A stretch of 64,000 nucleotides of DNA from Vicugna vicugna (lineage: Eukaryota): the NCBI GenBank assembly GCA_013265495.1, contig MU058584.1, positions 310,001 to 374,000 of the forward strand, in the 5' to 3' direction. Shown piece after piece: positions 26,006 through 38,931 of this stretch. The position numbers and the translations under genes were made by a program. The notes under the pieces were generated by a model that did no database searches, was not told the DNA's origin, and saw nothing but the letters and a program-made list of their open reading frames with translations. The stretch's first letter is position 1, and each line of letters opens with the position of its first letter.

Positions 26006-27834
26006 CCATAAATAATTATTGGATGTCTACTGTGTAGTCTCTGTACTAGATCCTGAAATATCTTTAGGGCTTCAGCTTTTTGTGTCTGGTCTACAAAGAA
26101 TATGTTACAGAATGGGATATGAAATTCTGGGAAATTCAACAGTCCAATGGGATCCAAGTTAATCTAGAAAAAAATGCCATTTGGATTGCAGAAGACTTTT
26201 TAAATTCAGGAGGGAATATGAGGTGTAAATGAAGTAGTGACTTAAGGTCTTGCCTTTAAGTTGTTGAGTGCCTGTGCCAGGTTTTAGAGAGTGCATTATG
26301 ATGCATACTAAAACCATGGTGACATTCAAAGAGTCAAACATGCCTGATTAGACTTTCATGCCCTGTATTTATAAAAAGGTTAGTGGTGCATTTCCTCAGT
26401 GCAAATTATTTCTGGCTCTTACTAATATTTATGACTATCGTAAAGCCTATACAGCATAATGGATGTGACTGATTTCTTTTAGTCGTCAGCTTGCTTTTAT
26501 TTAAGGAGATATCTCAGAAGATGCTACATCCTGACCAATAATTTCAGCAGATTAGAGTAGGCAATACACAGGGAAGGACAACTGTGCTTTGCTACTATGG
26601 GACAAAATAAGAAATACAATTATGGCAGTAGTGCATTTTCTTATATATATTTATCATGGAAATGGAATAGGAAGACATGCCTTTTGCAAAAAATTTCACT
26701 ATGATGCTTTATGCTGATTCCAAGACTTGACTATATAACAAGCAGTCAATGATGTTTGGTTTTCAAGTTACCCTGGGTGAATATGTCCAAAGGGTATTAA
26801 AAGCAGGTTTAAGTTGAATTCCACAGAGAAGCTGACCGTTTGGTCTCAGGGATCTCAAGTTGGGCTGGCTTTGGCACTGACTTATTTGGGTTGCTTTTGG
26901 TGACTTTGGGGTCATATTAAGCCATGTGAATCATAGTTATCTGTACCTGTACTCCTGGGGTTTGACAGACACTAAATAATTGGTCACTGACTGTGCTTAT
27001 GGCCCCTTCATTTGCACATTTTGCATGGCAATAACTCTTGCTGTAAAGGAGAAAAGTGAGTGGGCTTCTTCCTAACAATGGGCAAATTGAACTGAAGCAC
27101 TTACTAAGATAGGAGGAACACTGTAACAGTCAGAAATAACTTGGAAGCTCATTTTTCCATACCCAGTTACAGGTTATTCAAAAAAAAATTAAAAAGGTTG
27201 TGGACTCTATTGTCCTTAGTACCTTTTATTGCCTACTCCCTTTCCACAAGGCTGACTGTTGACTTCCAAATACTGAAAACATCCTCAAAGGCATTACCCT
27301 TCCCAACTCCCACCCCAAATACACAAGTCACAAAACCCTGCTCAAGAGAACACAAAGCACCTGAGATAGTCCCCCATCTGGGTGCAGTCTTATTCTGCAG
27401 AAAAAGGGGACTCTCAGAATTAATGATCTGGATCTATTCGGGTGAGGACTTGGGCCTTCCCAGTAAAACATAAACAACAAACACCGCCCCTCCCCACCGA
27501 CAAAAACAAAAACAAAAACCCCAAGGCGCTGCTATTGCTATTAGCAGCCTGGTTCAGAATCTGACTGTAAAAAGCAAAAAGAGGACCGAGCCTGGGTTCC
27601 TGAGACCCCGGCTACCTAGGGCCGGGGCGAAGTTCCCGGGGTCGGGCCACGGGGAGCGGGCAGGGCCAGGCGCCGCGCTCCCGGGGACTTTCACCTGCTC
27701 GGCGGGCAGCGCGGGGGCGGACCCGGCGGCGGGCGGGGCTTGGGCGCCCGCGGGAGGAGCCGGCCCGGGCCCGCCCCGCAGGAGGAGCCGCTCGCCGGCG
27801 GCTGATCCGGCGTCTCCGTGACAGGCACCCCGCT

Positions 27835-27863
27835 CCGCCGCCGCCGCCGCCGCCGCCGCCGCC
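27835..27863 (+). repeat. (CCG)9 trinucleotide repeat
   Basis: Nine uninterrupted ccg units plus cc, read directly. Confidence 0.95.
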
Positions 27864-28257
27864 TTTTCTTCCTTGTCCCGGGCTGTCCGCGCCGCTGCTC
27901 CAGGGCCGGCGCCGCGCCCAGTCCCGCCGCGGGCCGCGCGCCCACCGCTCCCCTCCCCCGGCCCGACCCGCTCCCGCCCCCGCCGCCCTCCTCGCCGGCA
28001 GGAATCGCGCGGCCACAGCGCCTCTCGCGTCGCCCGCATCCGAGCCTCCCGGTGCCGCCGGGCCCTCGGCGTCGCTCCGGGTCTCGGCTTCCACCGCCGC
28101 CGCGCGGCCAGGGCGCCCCCAGCCCCGCGACCCTCCGCTTGTGTTCCCTCCACGCGCCGCCGCGCCCGGCGCCCACCTCCCCGCCCCGGGGTCTGGCCAG
28201 TCCCTTCCTGCCACCGCCACCGCCGCCTCTGGAGCAGCCGGTCCACCGCGGGTCACC

Positions 28258-28362
28258 ATGCCCAGCAAAACCAAGTACAACCTTGTGGACGATGGGCACG
28301 ACCTGCGGATCCCCTTGCACAACGAGGACGCCTTCCAGCACGGCATCTGCTTCGAGGCCAAG
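28258..28362 (+). CDS. NOS1AP: Nitric oxide synthase 1 adaptor protein (CAPON), coding exon 1 (35 aa, start of the PTB domain)
   Basis: gtcaccATG Kozak context. Translation [35 protein letters not shown] matches the NOS1AP N-terminus as I recall it. Ends at a phase-0 donor AAG|gtgagg. Confidence 0.97.
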
Positions 28363-30024
28363 GTGAGGGGTCCCCGGAGAGGGGACTGCCCGGAGTGGGC
28401 ATGTCTGAGTGGATAGGATGCGCAGCCATCCCGGGCGTAGAGCTGGTGGGTTAGGCTGATTTGGGGGCCTTCCTCTCAGGGAGGATGACTCCCCCTTGTT
28501 AGCATAGAATTCCGCGGGCTTCTGCCCGGAACTGCTAACGAGCAACTGCAAAGTTTGAGCGGTATTGCTACACCTTCATCCTCCCACCTGCAGACTCCCC
28601 AATCCTTACTCGCTCCGGACTGACTGAGTTACTTCACCTGAGGAGGTGAAGCCGGTGGGTGAGCGCAGCCTGGAAATAGTTCTTTAGAATCGGTTTAGGG
28701 AAGCTCTGGTACTATTTACCTGTTGGGATCCCATGCAAGAGGTGTTTCCAGGAAGGTCTTTTAAAGGGGAAGTATTTGCTTCCTGATTAAGGAAAATAAT
28801 ACCAGGGTGTTTTTTGTTTTTGGATTCCAGGTAACCCGGGCCAGGTGTCAGATTCACTTCCTAAATGCCTTATTTGCCACGACTCCTTTGCAAGTGTCAG
28901 TCATTGAAAGGTGGGGGGAGGTGTGGTGAAGCTGCGCATTTGCTAGTTTTGTGGCCTAATGTTAAGTTTCAGCATCTCATAGGGGACCGCTGCTGAATTT
29001 ATCGAAGGTGACTGGAATTTCCAGCTCTGAGCCCCAGGTCTGTCCTTGGGAGAGGGGGCGGGGCGGAAGCCTCTGTACTGGACCATCAGGTGTGAATAAG
29101 GCTGCCCCCCTGTGATGCACTTCCCAGGGTGAGGAGTTCTAGTTACTGAGATTACAACTGGGGATCCCACTGCCCATCATCCGGCAAGAGTGCTTATCTG
29201 TGAAAGAGTGCTTCTGCTCTTCCTTCATGCTGCTTGATGCCCCCAACCTCCCCCCAAAGACCCAGGGATGCTCACATCTACTGTGTGCCTGTCACTGATA
29301 AGTGACAGAAAATATTGCCCCTGCAAGTTGATTGTGTCTTGCTAGTTTTGAAAAGTTAATACTTTTGACGTGGAGACAATTTTGCTCTCCATTCCCTTTT
29401 TCTCTTCATGACTTTGTAGATGCAGGGTGTTAGCATCTCAGGCAAGGGTTACTCCATCAGGTGGCTATTTCTTTCAATTTGTTAAACATTTTTTCCAGTG
29501 TCTGGTATGAGCCCAATGTGGTTAGTTATCTTTGGATTTTTTCCTTCTCATGAGGAGATGAGTTGCTTATCCTTTTCTTTCCTTTTCCTGGAATAACCGT
29601 CCCCTAACCATATTTGCTAGAGCTCGGAGGACGCCCCCTGTTCCCCCAGACATCAAACCCTGCAGTGGAATGCAGAGCTGAATTACTGGGTATGGCTGGG
29701 ACCAAAATGGGGCTGTAGCCAAGATCTTATCTTGCTTCTCTCAGAATAGATCTGGTTGGTCTAAGATAGGAAGTTTGGGTTAATTTTTGTCTGGGCCTGT
29801 TGCTTTGGTGAGCAGGTTTTTAAATTTTGAGTTTTTAAAGTTTGAGTTTTCATTACAGTCATAATTTAATTTGCTTCGACATGTGTAAATTGGGAAATTG
29901 GCTTTTGTCTTGTTTATTTCACCCGTGCTCTGTTTTGCAAGAATTAGTGGAAAAAGAGAGATCAGAATTAAAGTATTTTTAACCTTTTTATCCTTTTCAC
30001 ACAGTCTCTGCATTTGGTCCTAGC

Positions 30025-30200
30025 TGGGTCTCGTAAACTAGTACACGTAAGAATCACCAGGTGAGATTGTTAAAAAGTCTGATTCGTGCCATCCTCAATT
30101 CTAGTATGATACATCTGCAGGGAGCCCCGGACTGTGCGCCTCTAAGGAGCATTCCAGGAGATTTAATGCAGGTGATTGGGGCCAGACTTTGAGAAAAACA
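30025..30200. mobile_element. MER5A-like hAT element
   Basis: agaatcaccaggtgagattgttaaaa...ccagactttgagaaaaacactg. Confidence 0.7.
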
Positions 30201-31994
30201 CTGACTTGAGACTTGCCTCTGACTTGCTGGATCTTACTCTCCCTTTCCCAACACCCAGTTTCTTTTCTAAGCAAATGTCTGGGGGCTGTGTGCTGTAGTT
30301 CCTATAGTAACTTCCCTGGATTCACACACTGGTTCTCAATAAGAGGAGGGGGAGCCACATTTGGTCCCGGCTGTGTTCCCAAAGTAGATCTGATCTGAGA
30401 CATAGGGGACCAAGGGTTCTGCTTTGAGAATGAGGAGGTTGTGGAGAAAGGACAGAGCTGACTTTGAGGACTGGGTCCTAACTCCCAGCTCTTTGTAATC
30501 GATGCTGGACACCAGTACATTCAAACCATGTCAGCCAAGACCTGAGTAGAGGTGGAAGCAGAGGCTTTTCTGTCCCACGTGCACCTGGCAAGTGCTTCCT
30601 TGTTTTGGAAAAGCACAGGTTATAAAATGTAAATGTATTAGTGCTGCCTTGTCAGGTACCCTTGGAAAATGAGCCCAGGTCTTTCACTCCCAAGGACTGG
30701 CAATTTTTCAGAATCAACACTGGATGGGGTGACTTTTTGGATGGATGCCTCTCATTTTCAGGGTAGTGTGGAGATTGAAAGGTCATGGCGAGGGTTGAAG
30801 GGCATCTGGGTGTCAGAGGTTTTGTGCACTTAAAAAAAAACACCATGCACTTAATTACTGAGCAGAATCCTAGAGGTTTTTCACCTGCAGTACTTCATGT
30901 AATTCTCACTGCTTCCCTGGAGGTGGGTCTCCTATGTTTTATAAATGAGGATATGTTGCCTGCTTTAGTGCACACAGCTGTGTATGGCAAAGCCAGGATT
31001 TCAACCTGGGAGCTTTAACTACAGACTCTCAAATACAGTGCTTACTCATTTAATAATTTTTATGGAGCGTTCATTCTGTGCTGGGCAATGGTCTGATTCA
31101 TGGTTCACCAGTGGGCCATCCTTAGGTTGCTGGCCTCTCTGACTCTGACTTAGAAAATTATTCAAACTTTTGATGCCTGGCTCTTTCCAGATATCCTCTT
31201 AGGCTGGGAGCCACTCTTAAGGGATACTGCTCTCTGTATTCAGAAAGGGCACCTGACTCACTGATCATTGTGATGGGTGGGTGGTAAAATCTAACTTGCT
31301 TGAAAGCTTCTGTGGCCCCTTTGCAGCTGCCTCTGCCTCTCCCAGTATGCCTTCCTCTTGGCTAGTGCCATCAACTGACTGTCTCTACTTGCTGAGTGAG
31401 CAAGAGATGTCTAGCGATGACGGTACAAAGAATAAGAGTCTTAATAACATATTTGTGCCTTACATTTGTAGGTGATTTTTGATTTGCATGGGACTTTCAC
31501 ACACAGAGAACTTTCCTCATGTGAAAATGGGAGTTTTAGTGTTACCTCCATTTTTCAGACGGAAAAATTGGGGATCAGAGAAATTAATTTGTCCAGAGTC
31601 ACAGAACTGATAAGATGAGAACATAAGGATTATAGCTGATATTTAATGAGCCCGTACTATGAGCCATGTATTGTTCTAGGTACTGCTTTATTTAATCTTC
31701 ACATTTCAGCGCTTTGACTCCTGGTCCATGTTTCCTTCACCTGATCCTGAAGCAGCTGCTCCCTCCTTCACCTCCCTGAAGCAGTATTCCTAGCACTGGT
31801 TGCCTAGTCCATCCGCTGATCTGGGCATATGTGGCACAGCCTGTTAGAACTGAAAAGCACCTTAGCTTACCTCATACAACCTCCTCATTTTGTAAATGAG
31901 GAAATTGAGATCCAGAGGGAAGTCACTGACCCAAGGTTATGTAGTTAGATAGGAACAGAACCAGGACTCATCCCTAGTTTCCTGGCTTCAAGTT

Positions 31995-32535
31995 GGTTTC
32001 TGTTATCTATTGCTGCTTAACAAGAGACCCCAAAACTCAGTGACTTAAAACAACATCTGTTTAATCTGCTCATGATTTGTGGGTCTGGAATTCAGGCAGA
32101 GCTTGGCTGGGCTGTTCTTCTGTTGCACATGGTGTTGACTGGATCACTCACTTGGCTTCATTCAGCTGTGGCTGGGCTGGAAGATCCTAGAAGACTTCAC
32201 TCACATGGCTGTGCCTTGGTGGTCCTCCATGTGGCGGTTCTCTCCCCTGGGTAGCTTGAATTTCCTTATACCATGGTGGCCCTTTGATCTGGTAGCTGAT
32301 GGTTCAAGAGGGAGCCTTCCAAGCAGTGAAAGTGGAAGCTCTCAAAGCGTGGCCTCCAAAGTGACAGTGTCACTTCTGCTGCTTTCTGTTGGTGAAATCA
32401 GGCCATAGGCTGGCTCAGATTCAAAGAAAGGAGAAGTAGACGTTACCTCTTGAAGGGTCATTGTCAAGGTCATGGTGCAAGAGTGTACGTGGGATGAGAG
32501 GTACTGCTGAAGCTGCATTTGGATCAGTCTCCCAC
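31995..32535 (-). mobile_element. MLT1-type LTR
   Basis: ttatctattgctgcttaacaagagaccccaaaactcagtgacttaaaacaac...tgtgggtctggaattcaggcagagcttggctggg. Confidence 0.8.
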
Positions 32536-32715
32536 AAAATTTTGTGTTCTTTCCCCTCTGTGTATACCTTCTCCAGCAATGTCGAGTGTTCTTTGAGGAC
32601 CTTGTCTCATGTTTCTGTGTACAATGACCTACCCCAACATCAGGTACATATATATTACCCCTGCTCCTCCCTCAACTAGAAACCAGGTACTCTTACCTAA
32701 GTCTCAGGAGGCAGC

Positions 32716-33235
32716 TGCAGAGAAGAAACAAGAACTGGCTAGAATTCAGTCCAAGATGGTGGGAGATTTGACTTCCAGTGGACCTTGAGCCTCATAATAT
32801 GCTCATTATAATATATTAATATGCTAAATGACACACTGACCAAGCACCATGACAATTGACAGTTACCATGACCACAATCGGAAAAGTCCATACAAGAACT
32901 GAAAAGCCCATACAAGGACTGATTGGCTCTATCACACCCGGAATGAGGACATGATGGCAGACGCCTCCCATAAAAGTCCATGTGGCCCGACTGGGGCCAG
33001 AGCTGTCCCTACTGGCCATCTTGGCTGACGGCTTCCAACTCGAGTGCCTTTTCCTCACTTGAGTGGTTTTCTTTCCTTCTCCTTGCTCAGGCACTTTCCT
33101 TCCTTTTTCTCTTTTAAGAAATAAAAGTAGTTTCACTCTGTCCCTCTGTGACAGCTGGGAATTCTTTCCAGCTGGCAGGCAAGGACCCACACTTTGGTGG
33201 GCCTCCTAATTTTGGGGTCTCACTAATAGCTAACA
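32716..33235 (+). mobile_element. ERV1 LTR, MER41-like
   Basis: tccaagatgg...cattataatatattaatatgctaaatgacac...caccatgacaattgacagttaccatgaccac resembles MER41. Has a 20-bp tandem duplication, AATAAA at 33120 and a ...ctaaca end. No clear TSD. Confidence 0.65.
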
Positions 33236-34394
33236 AATGGTGACATATATAGCTGGACAATATTAAATTATTTGTCAAGTGGAAGAAATTACCAATTGTG
33301 GAAAGTCTGAAAGCAGTAAATACATTGTCTTTTTGCTGAATGATTTTATGGTTTTGGAGCTCTTAGTCAAATCCGAACTAAGTTCTCTGGCCATATTTTC
33401 CTCCTTGCTAAATGACTTCACTGGCTGATGATTTCCATGATGTGGGTTTTAGAGATTCCAATAACCCCACACAGCAGGCTGCCTGTGGATGCCTCTTGAA
33501 CAGACTGTCTTGAGGGCTTCCAGATTAGGACATTACATACATTGGCTCACCATAAATGGAGTGTTCTGACCCAAAACTTAAGCCTGTCGTATGAGGTAAA
33601 GAGCTCTCGGAACCAACCACACCATATCCAGGGTGTGGGCCCTCCCCCCGACACCCCACAAGGATCCTGTCTTCCAGGATCGTGAACTAGGGTCAGGTCA
33701 TCCAGGATTGTGGACCAGTAAGGATTCTGGTGTATTCACTGATGTCATCATTGAAGTGGAGGTTTATTTCACCTTATTAGGTATTTGTCCAGATGCTTTA
33801 AAATCCATTGTTGTTTTCTGCCTGGTCCAGATGAGTCTTGAGGGGGCGAGAAGTCTCAAAGATATAGCACCTCTCTAAAGTGATGACTTTTTATTCACCC
33901 TTATTTTGCTCTTGGGTGCCCCAGGGTGTTGCTCCACAGCTGGTGTTTTGGGATTTGATGGGCAAATCTGTTTCTACCTTAGCTGTACGTTTCATGATTT
34001 TGCCATGTCTCCTTTGCCCAAAATGTCCCAGTCCATTTAGTCACATTTACAGTCACATGCTGACCCTTGCCAGACATCCCTGCCCAAGACCCTAATTAGA
34101 CTCATTGGTGATTATCACTCATAATGCTGCTACTTCCAAGAACTCAAACCTTCAGAATGCTCTCTTTGACTATCATTTCCTGCCTCATCTCACCTCATTG
34201 CCTTGAGATGAGATGCCCTTAACTCCTCGGTGACCTCCTTCTGCCTTTATCCTGTTCCCCCAGGAGCCTGGGGCCATGCCCACGACTCTTGCCATCCCGC
34301 CCACTTTCCTGCCCTACACAGCAAACTTGGTCTCTGCTACTTTCCTTCTTCCTTCCTGTTTTTGGAAAGAGTATTTTCTTCCTTCCTCTGCTTC

Positions 34395-35420
34395 CTTTTT
34401 CCTAACAGCTTTATTGAGATATAATTCACATACCATACAATTCACTAATTTAAAATGTATAATTAAGTAGTTTTTGGTATATTCGTAGTGTTGTACAATC
34501 ATTACCACAGCCAGTCTTAGAACATTTTCATCACCTCAAAAAGAATCCCTGTACCCTTTAGCTATCATCTCCCTATCTCCGCATCCACCCCAGCCGTAAG
34601 CAACTGCTAATCTACTTTCTATCTCTAGATTTGCCTATCCTGGACATTTCATATATATGGAATCATAGAATACTTTCTTTTTTTTAGTGATTGGCTTCTT
34701 TCCTATCACATATCATACATGTAGCATGTATCAGGACTTCATTCCTTTTGTGGTCAAATAATGCATGGACATACCACATTTTATTTGTTTATCAGTTGAT
34801 GGACATAAAGGTTGTTTCTTTTTTTTGGCTATTATGAATAATACTCTGTAAACATTTCGTGTATAAGTTTTTGTGTGATACATACTTAAATTTCTCATGG
34901 GTAGATGTGTAAGAGTGAAACTGCTGGATCCTATGGTAACCGTGTTAACCACTGTGGGGCTGCCAGGTTGTTTTCTAATGTAGCTGTACCATTTTACTTT
35001 TCTACCAGCAGTGTGTTAGGATTCTGATTTTTCCACCTTCTCACCGACACTTGTTATAATCTGGCTTTTTGATTCTAGCTGTCCTGGTGGGTGTGAAGTA
35101 GTATCTCACTGTGGTTTTGATTTGCATTTCCCTGAAGAATAATGATGTAGAACATCTTTTCATGTGCTTATTAGCCATTTGCAAATCTTTTTTGAAGAAA
35201 TGCCTATTCAGACCCCTTTGCCCATTTTTAAGTAGGATTGGCTTATTATTATTATTATTATTATTGAGTTGTAAGAGTTCTTTATATAGTCAAGTTCGTT
35301 ATGTAGATTTGCAAATATTTTCACCTATTCTGTGGGTGGTCTATTCACTTTCTTGGTATTGGCTTGTGAAACACAAAAGTTTTTAATTATAAAGTCTGAT
35401 TAATTTTTTTCTTTTTCCCT
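34395..35420 (-). mobile_element. L1MB-like 3' region (~1 kb)
   Basis: acagctttattgagatataattcacataccatacaattcac...gtggttttgatttgcatttccctga...tttgcaaatattttc. Confidence 0.9.
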
Positions 35421-37304
35421 CTTTTTAAGATTCATCTGCTCTCTGTCTGCTGCTATCCCACGTCTCCTGAGTCTCTGTTCATTACCCCATTACACCCCAC
35501 CCCCACCTTTGCATGGTTCCATCTTCCTCCCCACTTGCTTACTCCTTTGCCCTGTACTATGACCTTCCCTAAGTGAAAACTCTCTTCTCTCCACCTTTTT
35601 CTCTATTAACACGTTGTCCTCTTCCTTTCACAGCTAAGCCTCCTGAGAGAGTGGTCTACTCTCTGCAGTTTCCCAATATTCATTCAGTCCCTGGCTGTGT
35701 CCTTCTTGCTTCTATCCTGGCTGTCATGTAGAAACTGTTCTACTGTCACCCTTCTCTGTCTTCATCCTTGTTGAGTTTTTTCCCTGAGCAGCCTGTTCTT
35801 GTCTTTCTTGGGATGCCTCACTCAGCTCTCTGTGTAGGATCTCGGTTGGCCATGCCTAGCCCTCTGTCCATACTTCCTCTTCTTTGCTGGCTGCTCTTTC
35901 CCCTGCACTTTGACTTCTTAGGTGAGTGCTGCATTCCATCCTCCTTCTACCTCCCACCTCTTCTCTTATACAGGCTGGCTCCTGGATCTCTAACTCCAGA
36001 TCTTTATTTCCAGCTTCCTGCTGGCCATCACTACCCCAATGAACATGTTGCAGACTCCATCAATCAAATTCTAATTTCTCTGCTTACTTCCTACTTCTTT
36101 TAATGACCCCAGCATCCTCTTGGGTACCCAGGCCTGATACTTTGGAGCAGTGCTTGAATCCTTTCATATAACAGTGGACTCACTGGCTGTTTATTGAGTA
36201 CCTGTAGTGGCCAGGCTCTTCTCTCCTGGGCTCCCCACTGCAGATCAGTTGCTGCATCCTTGAGTTTTCCCAGTGACATTCATCTGTGTATCCTGCTTGT
36301 TCCTTCTCTTCCTGCCTCTGGCTGGTTTAGATGTCCATCACCTCTCACCATGCTGTTTCAGTAACCTTCTGAAGGCCTCCACTTTATCCTAGAAATTTTT
36401 GCTCTTTTAATTTTCCTGAAATATGAATATGATAGCCTTCTACTGAAAAACACTGGAAATTTCTAAGCCTACTATATTAGATCCAGAATTCTTAGCCTGA
36501 TATTCAGGGCTCTCTGGTTTTGAACAATTCCCTTTAGTTGCCCTGTGTGTCTACCCAGCTGGGGTACCAGCCATTCCCTCAACCCTCCCTGTGATTCCCC
36601 ACCCATCCCTCAGGCCCAGTCAACTGTCACTGAGTGAAGTGGATGTTACCAGACCCTCTTCTATGTGAAAGGGACTGACCAGACCCTGTTAGGGATTATA
36701 GCCTCTTATCTCTGTTGGGTTTTCATCCCCACTTCTCACCATTAGGGTCCTTGTCACTCTGTCCCCAGTATCTTCTGCAGTGCTGACTGCAGTGCCTTGT
36801 GTATAGAAAATATATTTTGAATCAATCAATATAATTTCTAAGATGCTCCCTACAAGGACTGCCATGGTCCTCCTGTGTCACACAAGACTGGGAGATGCCT
36901 CACCTGACCAGTCTCCTCCTGACTTGTTTTCTTGCTTTAGGTCTGTAACTCTCAGTCCCTAATGACCTGAGGGGCTCCCTGTATCCCAGGCGGTATCTCC
37001 CACTCTCACCTCACGGAGTGTCACTGCCTTCCAAAGGAAGTGCCAAGTAAACATTTTTCCTGAATTAACTAGAATTCCAGTGATGGATGTGCAATGGAAT
37101 TAGAATGTTTGGATATAGAACATATGGCCAGTTTCAGGAGTAGTTAATTATCATTTATTAGTAAAAACAAAACAAAACAAAAAAATGAAAGTAAAACCCG
37201 TATTTCCAGCCTATTGTATCCTCATCGATACTCCCCCCCCAATTCATTATTTCCTTTAATTTGCTATTTCATAGTTTTTATGACATAAATTTGGTTGACA
37301 GCAA

Positions 37305-37512
37305 AACGTAAGTGGATTCAGAACCAAATTGTGTTTGGCTTTAGATCCAGGCTCTGCCCCTCAGTTGCTCTGTGAACTTGTGTGAGTTACTTAACGTCTC
37401 TCCTTTAGTATCCTCATCTGTGAAAAGCAGATGCAAATAGCACATACCGCGTAGGGTTATTAGGAGGGGCATGTAAACACCTAGCACAGTGCTTGGCACA
37501 GAGTGGGTCACT
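37305..37512 (+). mobile_element. MIR SINE
   Basis: ggctctgcccctcagttgctctgtgaacttgtgtgagttacttaac...cctagcacagtgcttggcacagag. Confidence 0.8.
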
Positions 37513-37517
37513 ATTTT

Positions 37518-37746
37518 AATTTATTTTTTTTTGTTTTATAATATTTTATTGGTTAATAGTACAAAAACACTTTTTTGCTCTAAAAAATTACAGAGCAAAG
37601 TGAGGAACATTGTTAAAATCATGGCTTAACAGTTTCTGAAGTTCTCATTGGAAGTTCAGTTTATTTTGATAGTTTTTAAAAAAATTCTTATTTTTTATTG
37701 AGGTGTGGTCAACTTGCAATGTTAGTTTCAGGTGCACAGCAAAGCG
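37518..37746 (-). mobile_element. Short L1 3' end plus ~150 bp non-L1 sequence within one TSD (probable 3' transduction)
   Basis: Perfect 13-bp direct repeat gggtcactatttt at 37505-37517 and 37747-37759. L1-type terminus at about 37690-37745. Minus-strand AATAAA at 37545-37550 just before the final tail. Confidence 0.7.
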
Positions 37747-37835
37747 GGGTCACTATTTTTATTATTGTTATTTAGTCCTACAAATCGCAATTTAAGTTTC
37801 ATCTGTGCATGATTTTAATCTAGGAGTTGTCATAC

Positions 37836-37953
37836 TTTTTTTTATTGATTTATAATCATTTTACAATGTTGTATCAAATTCCAGTGTAGAGCACAATTTT
37901 TCAGTTATACATAAACATATATATATCATTGTCGCATTTTTTTCTCTGTGAGC
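37836..37953 (-). mobile_element. Young L1 3' end (second subfamily)
   Basis: ttttattgatttataatcattttacaatgttgtatcaaattccagtg; the same terminus occurs at about 58145. Imperfect TSD tgtc(a)tactttt. Confidence 0.8.
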
Positions 37954-38599
37954 TGTCTACTTTTTTTTAAAAAATAAAGTAGTGTATTATCTTCATTTTA
38001 CATGCTTGCTTAAAAAATCTAGCTTTTTATTGTAGGTATTATTCTTGATTCCTAAAGTTGCAAATCAGACAGCATGACTACTTTGTGGACTTAAAAATAG
38101 CTGTCAGACCCTTGGGAAGGAATAAGGAGGGGTTAACTAGATTCTGGTGCATGCCTCCATCACATTTGTTCCAGGCTTTTAATCCTCGTTCAGGTTAAAA
38201 ATCACAGAATCTTGTTAAGTACAGTGTGTTGTCTTTCTTCACTGTCTTTCTCTGAATTTCTTGGATAAATACTTCTTTAAGCAGAGGTAATCTAAGCAGA
38301 AGGAATCTTGCATCATGGGATTAATTAATACCTTGTGATGCTTATAATTCCCTTTTCAATTTTTATATTCAGCATCATGTTTCCTTTTAAGCACTGGAGC
38401 AGCTGGCTTTAAAAGTCACTTAAAATGGCACTTCCAGCAAGTTCTGTGCCTAGAGTGTTGGGACACTTTAGAGCCCCCAGTCCTCCCCCCTGTACATGTG
38501 ACCCAGTTGGTATTCTGCAGCACTTCAAGACTTGTGTGTCTTATGTTCTCATGGTCCACCACGCGAACTGAGGACATTTGCTACTACCCACGTTTATTC

Positions 38600-38792
38600 A
38601 TTTTTTTTTAATTTATTAAAAAAAATTTTTTTTGTAGGCAATTTTTTTAAATTGAAGTATAGTTGGTTTACAATGTTAGTTTCAGGTATATAGCAAAGTG
38701 ATTTAATTACACAAATACATACATATATATATATTTTCAGATTCTTTTCCATTATATGTTATTACAAGAAACTGCCTATGGTTCCCTGTGCT
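38600..38792 (-). mobile_element. L1 3' end
   Basis: attgaagtatagttggtttacaatgttagtttcaggtatatagcaaagtgat...ggttccctgtgct. Confidence 0.8.
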
Positions 38793-38896
38793 GTGTGTGT
38801 GTGTATATATACACACACATATATACATATACACACACACATATATATATACACACATATATATTCTTTTTAATGGAGGTAGGGATTGTGTTTATA

Positions 38897-38918
<22 letters not shown>
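38793..38918. repeat. Compound (TG)/(TA)/(CA) microsatellite
   Basis: Read directly. Confidence 0.9.

Positions 38919-38931
<13 letters not shown>

Larger units (their letters stand above)
27590..28450 (+). promoter_or_regulatory. NOS1AP: CpG-island promoter and 5'UTR of NOS1AP
   Basis: Abrupt GC- and CpG-rich block in a CpG-depleted background. Several GC boxes (ggggcgg, gggcggggc, ccgcccc) at about 27710-27780. I saw no ATG on + between 27601 and 28257. Exact TSS cannot be determined. Confidence 0.9.

Noticed and set aside
28141..28416. 91-aa ORF as a complete gene
   Set aside because: It starts at a non-ATG codon and reads through the splice donor at 28363. The real coding part is the 105-bp exon.
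27554..28551. Five long overlapping ORFs (182-286 aa) on both strands
   Set aside because: They result from stop-codon scarcity in the CpG island. The translations are low-complexity Arg/Gly/Pro/Ala, and only 28258-28362 matches a known protein.
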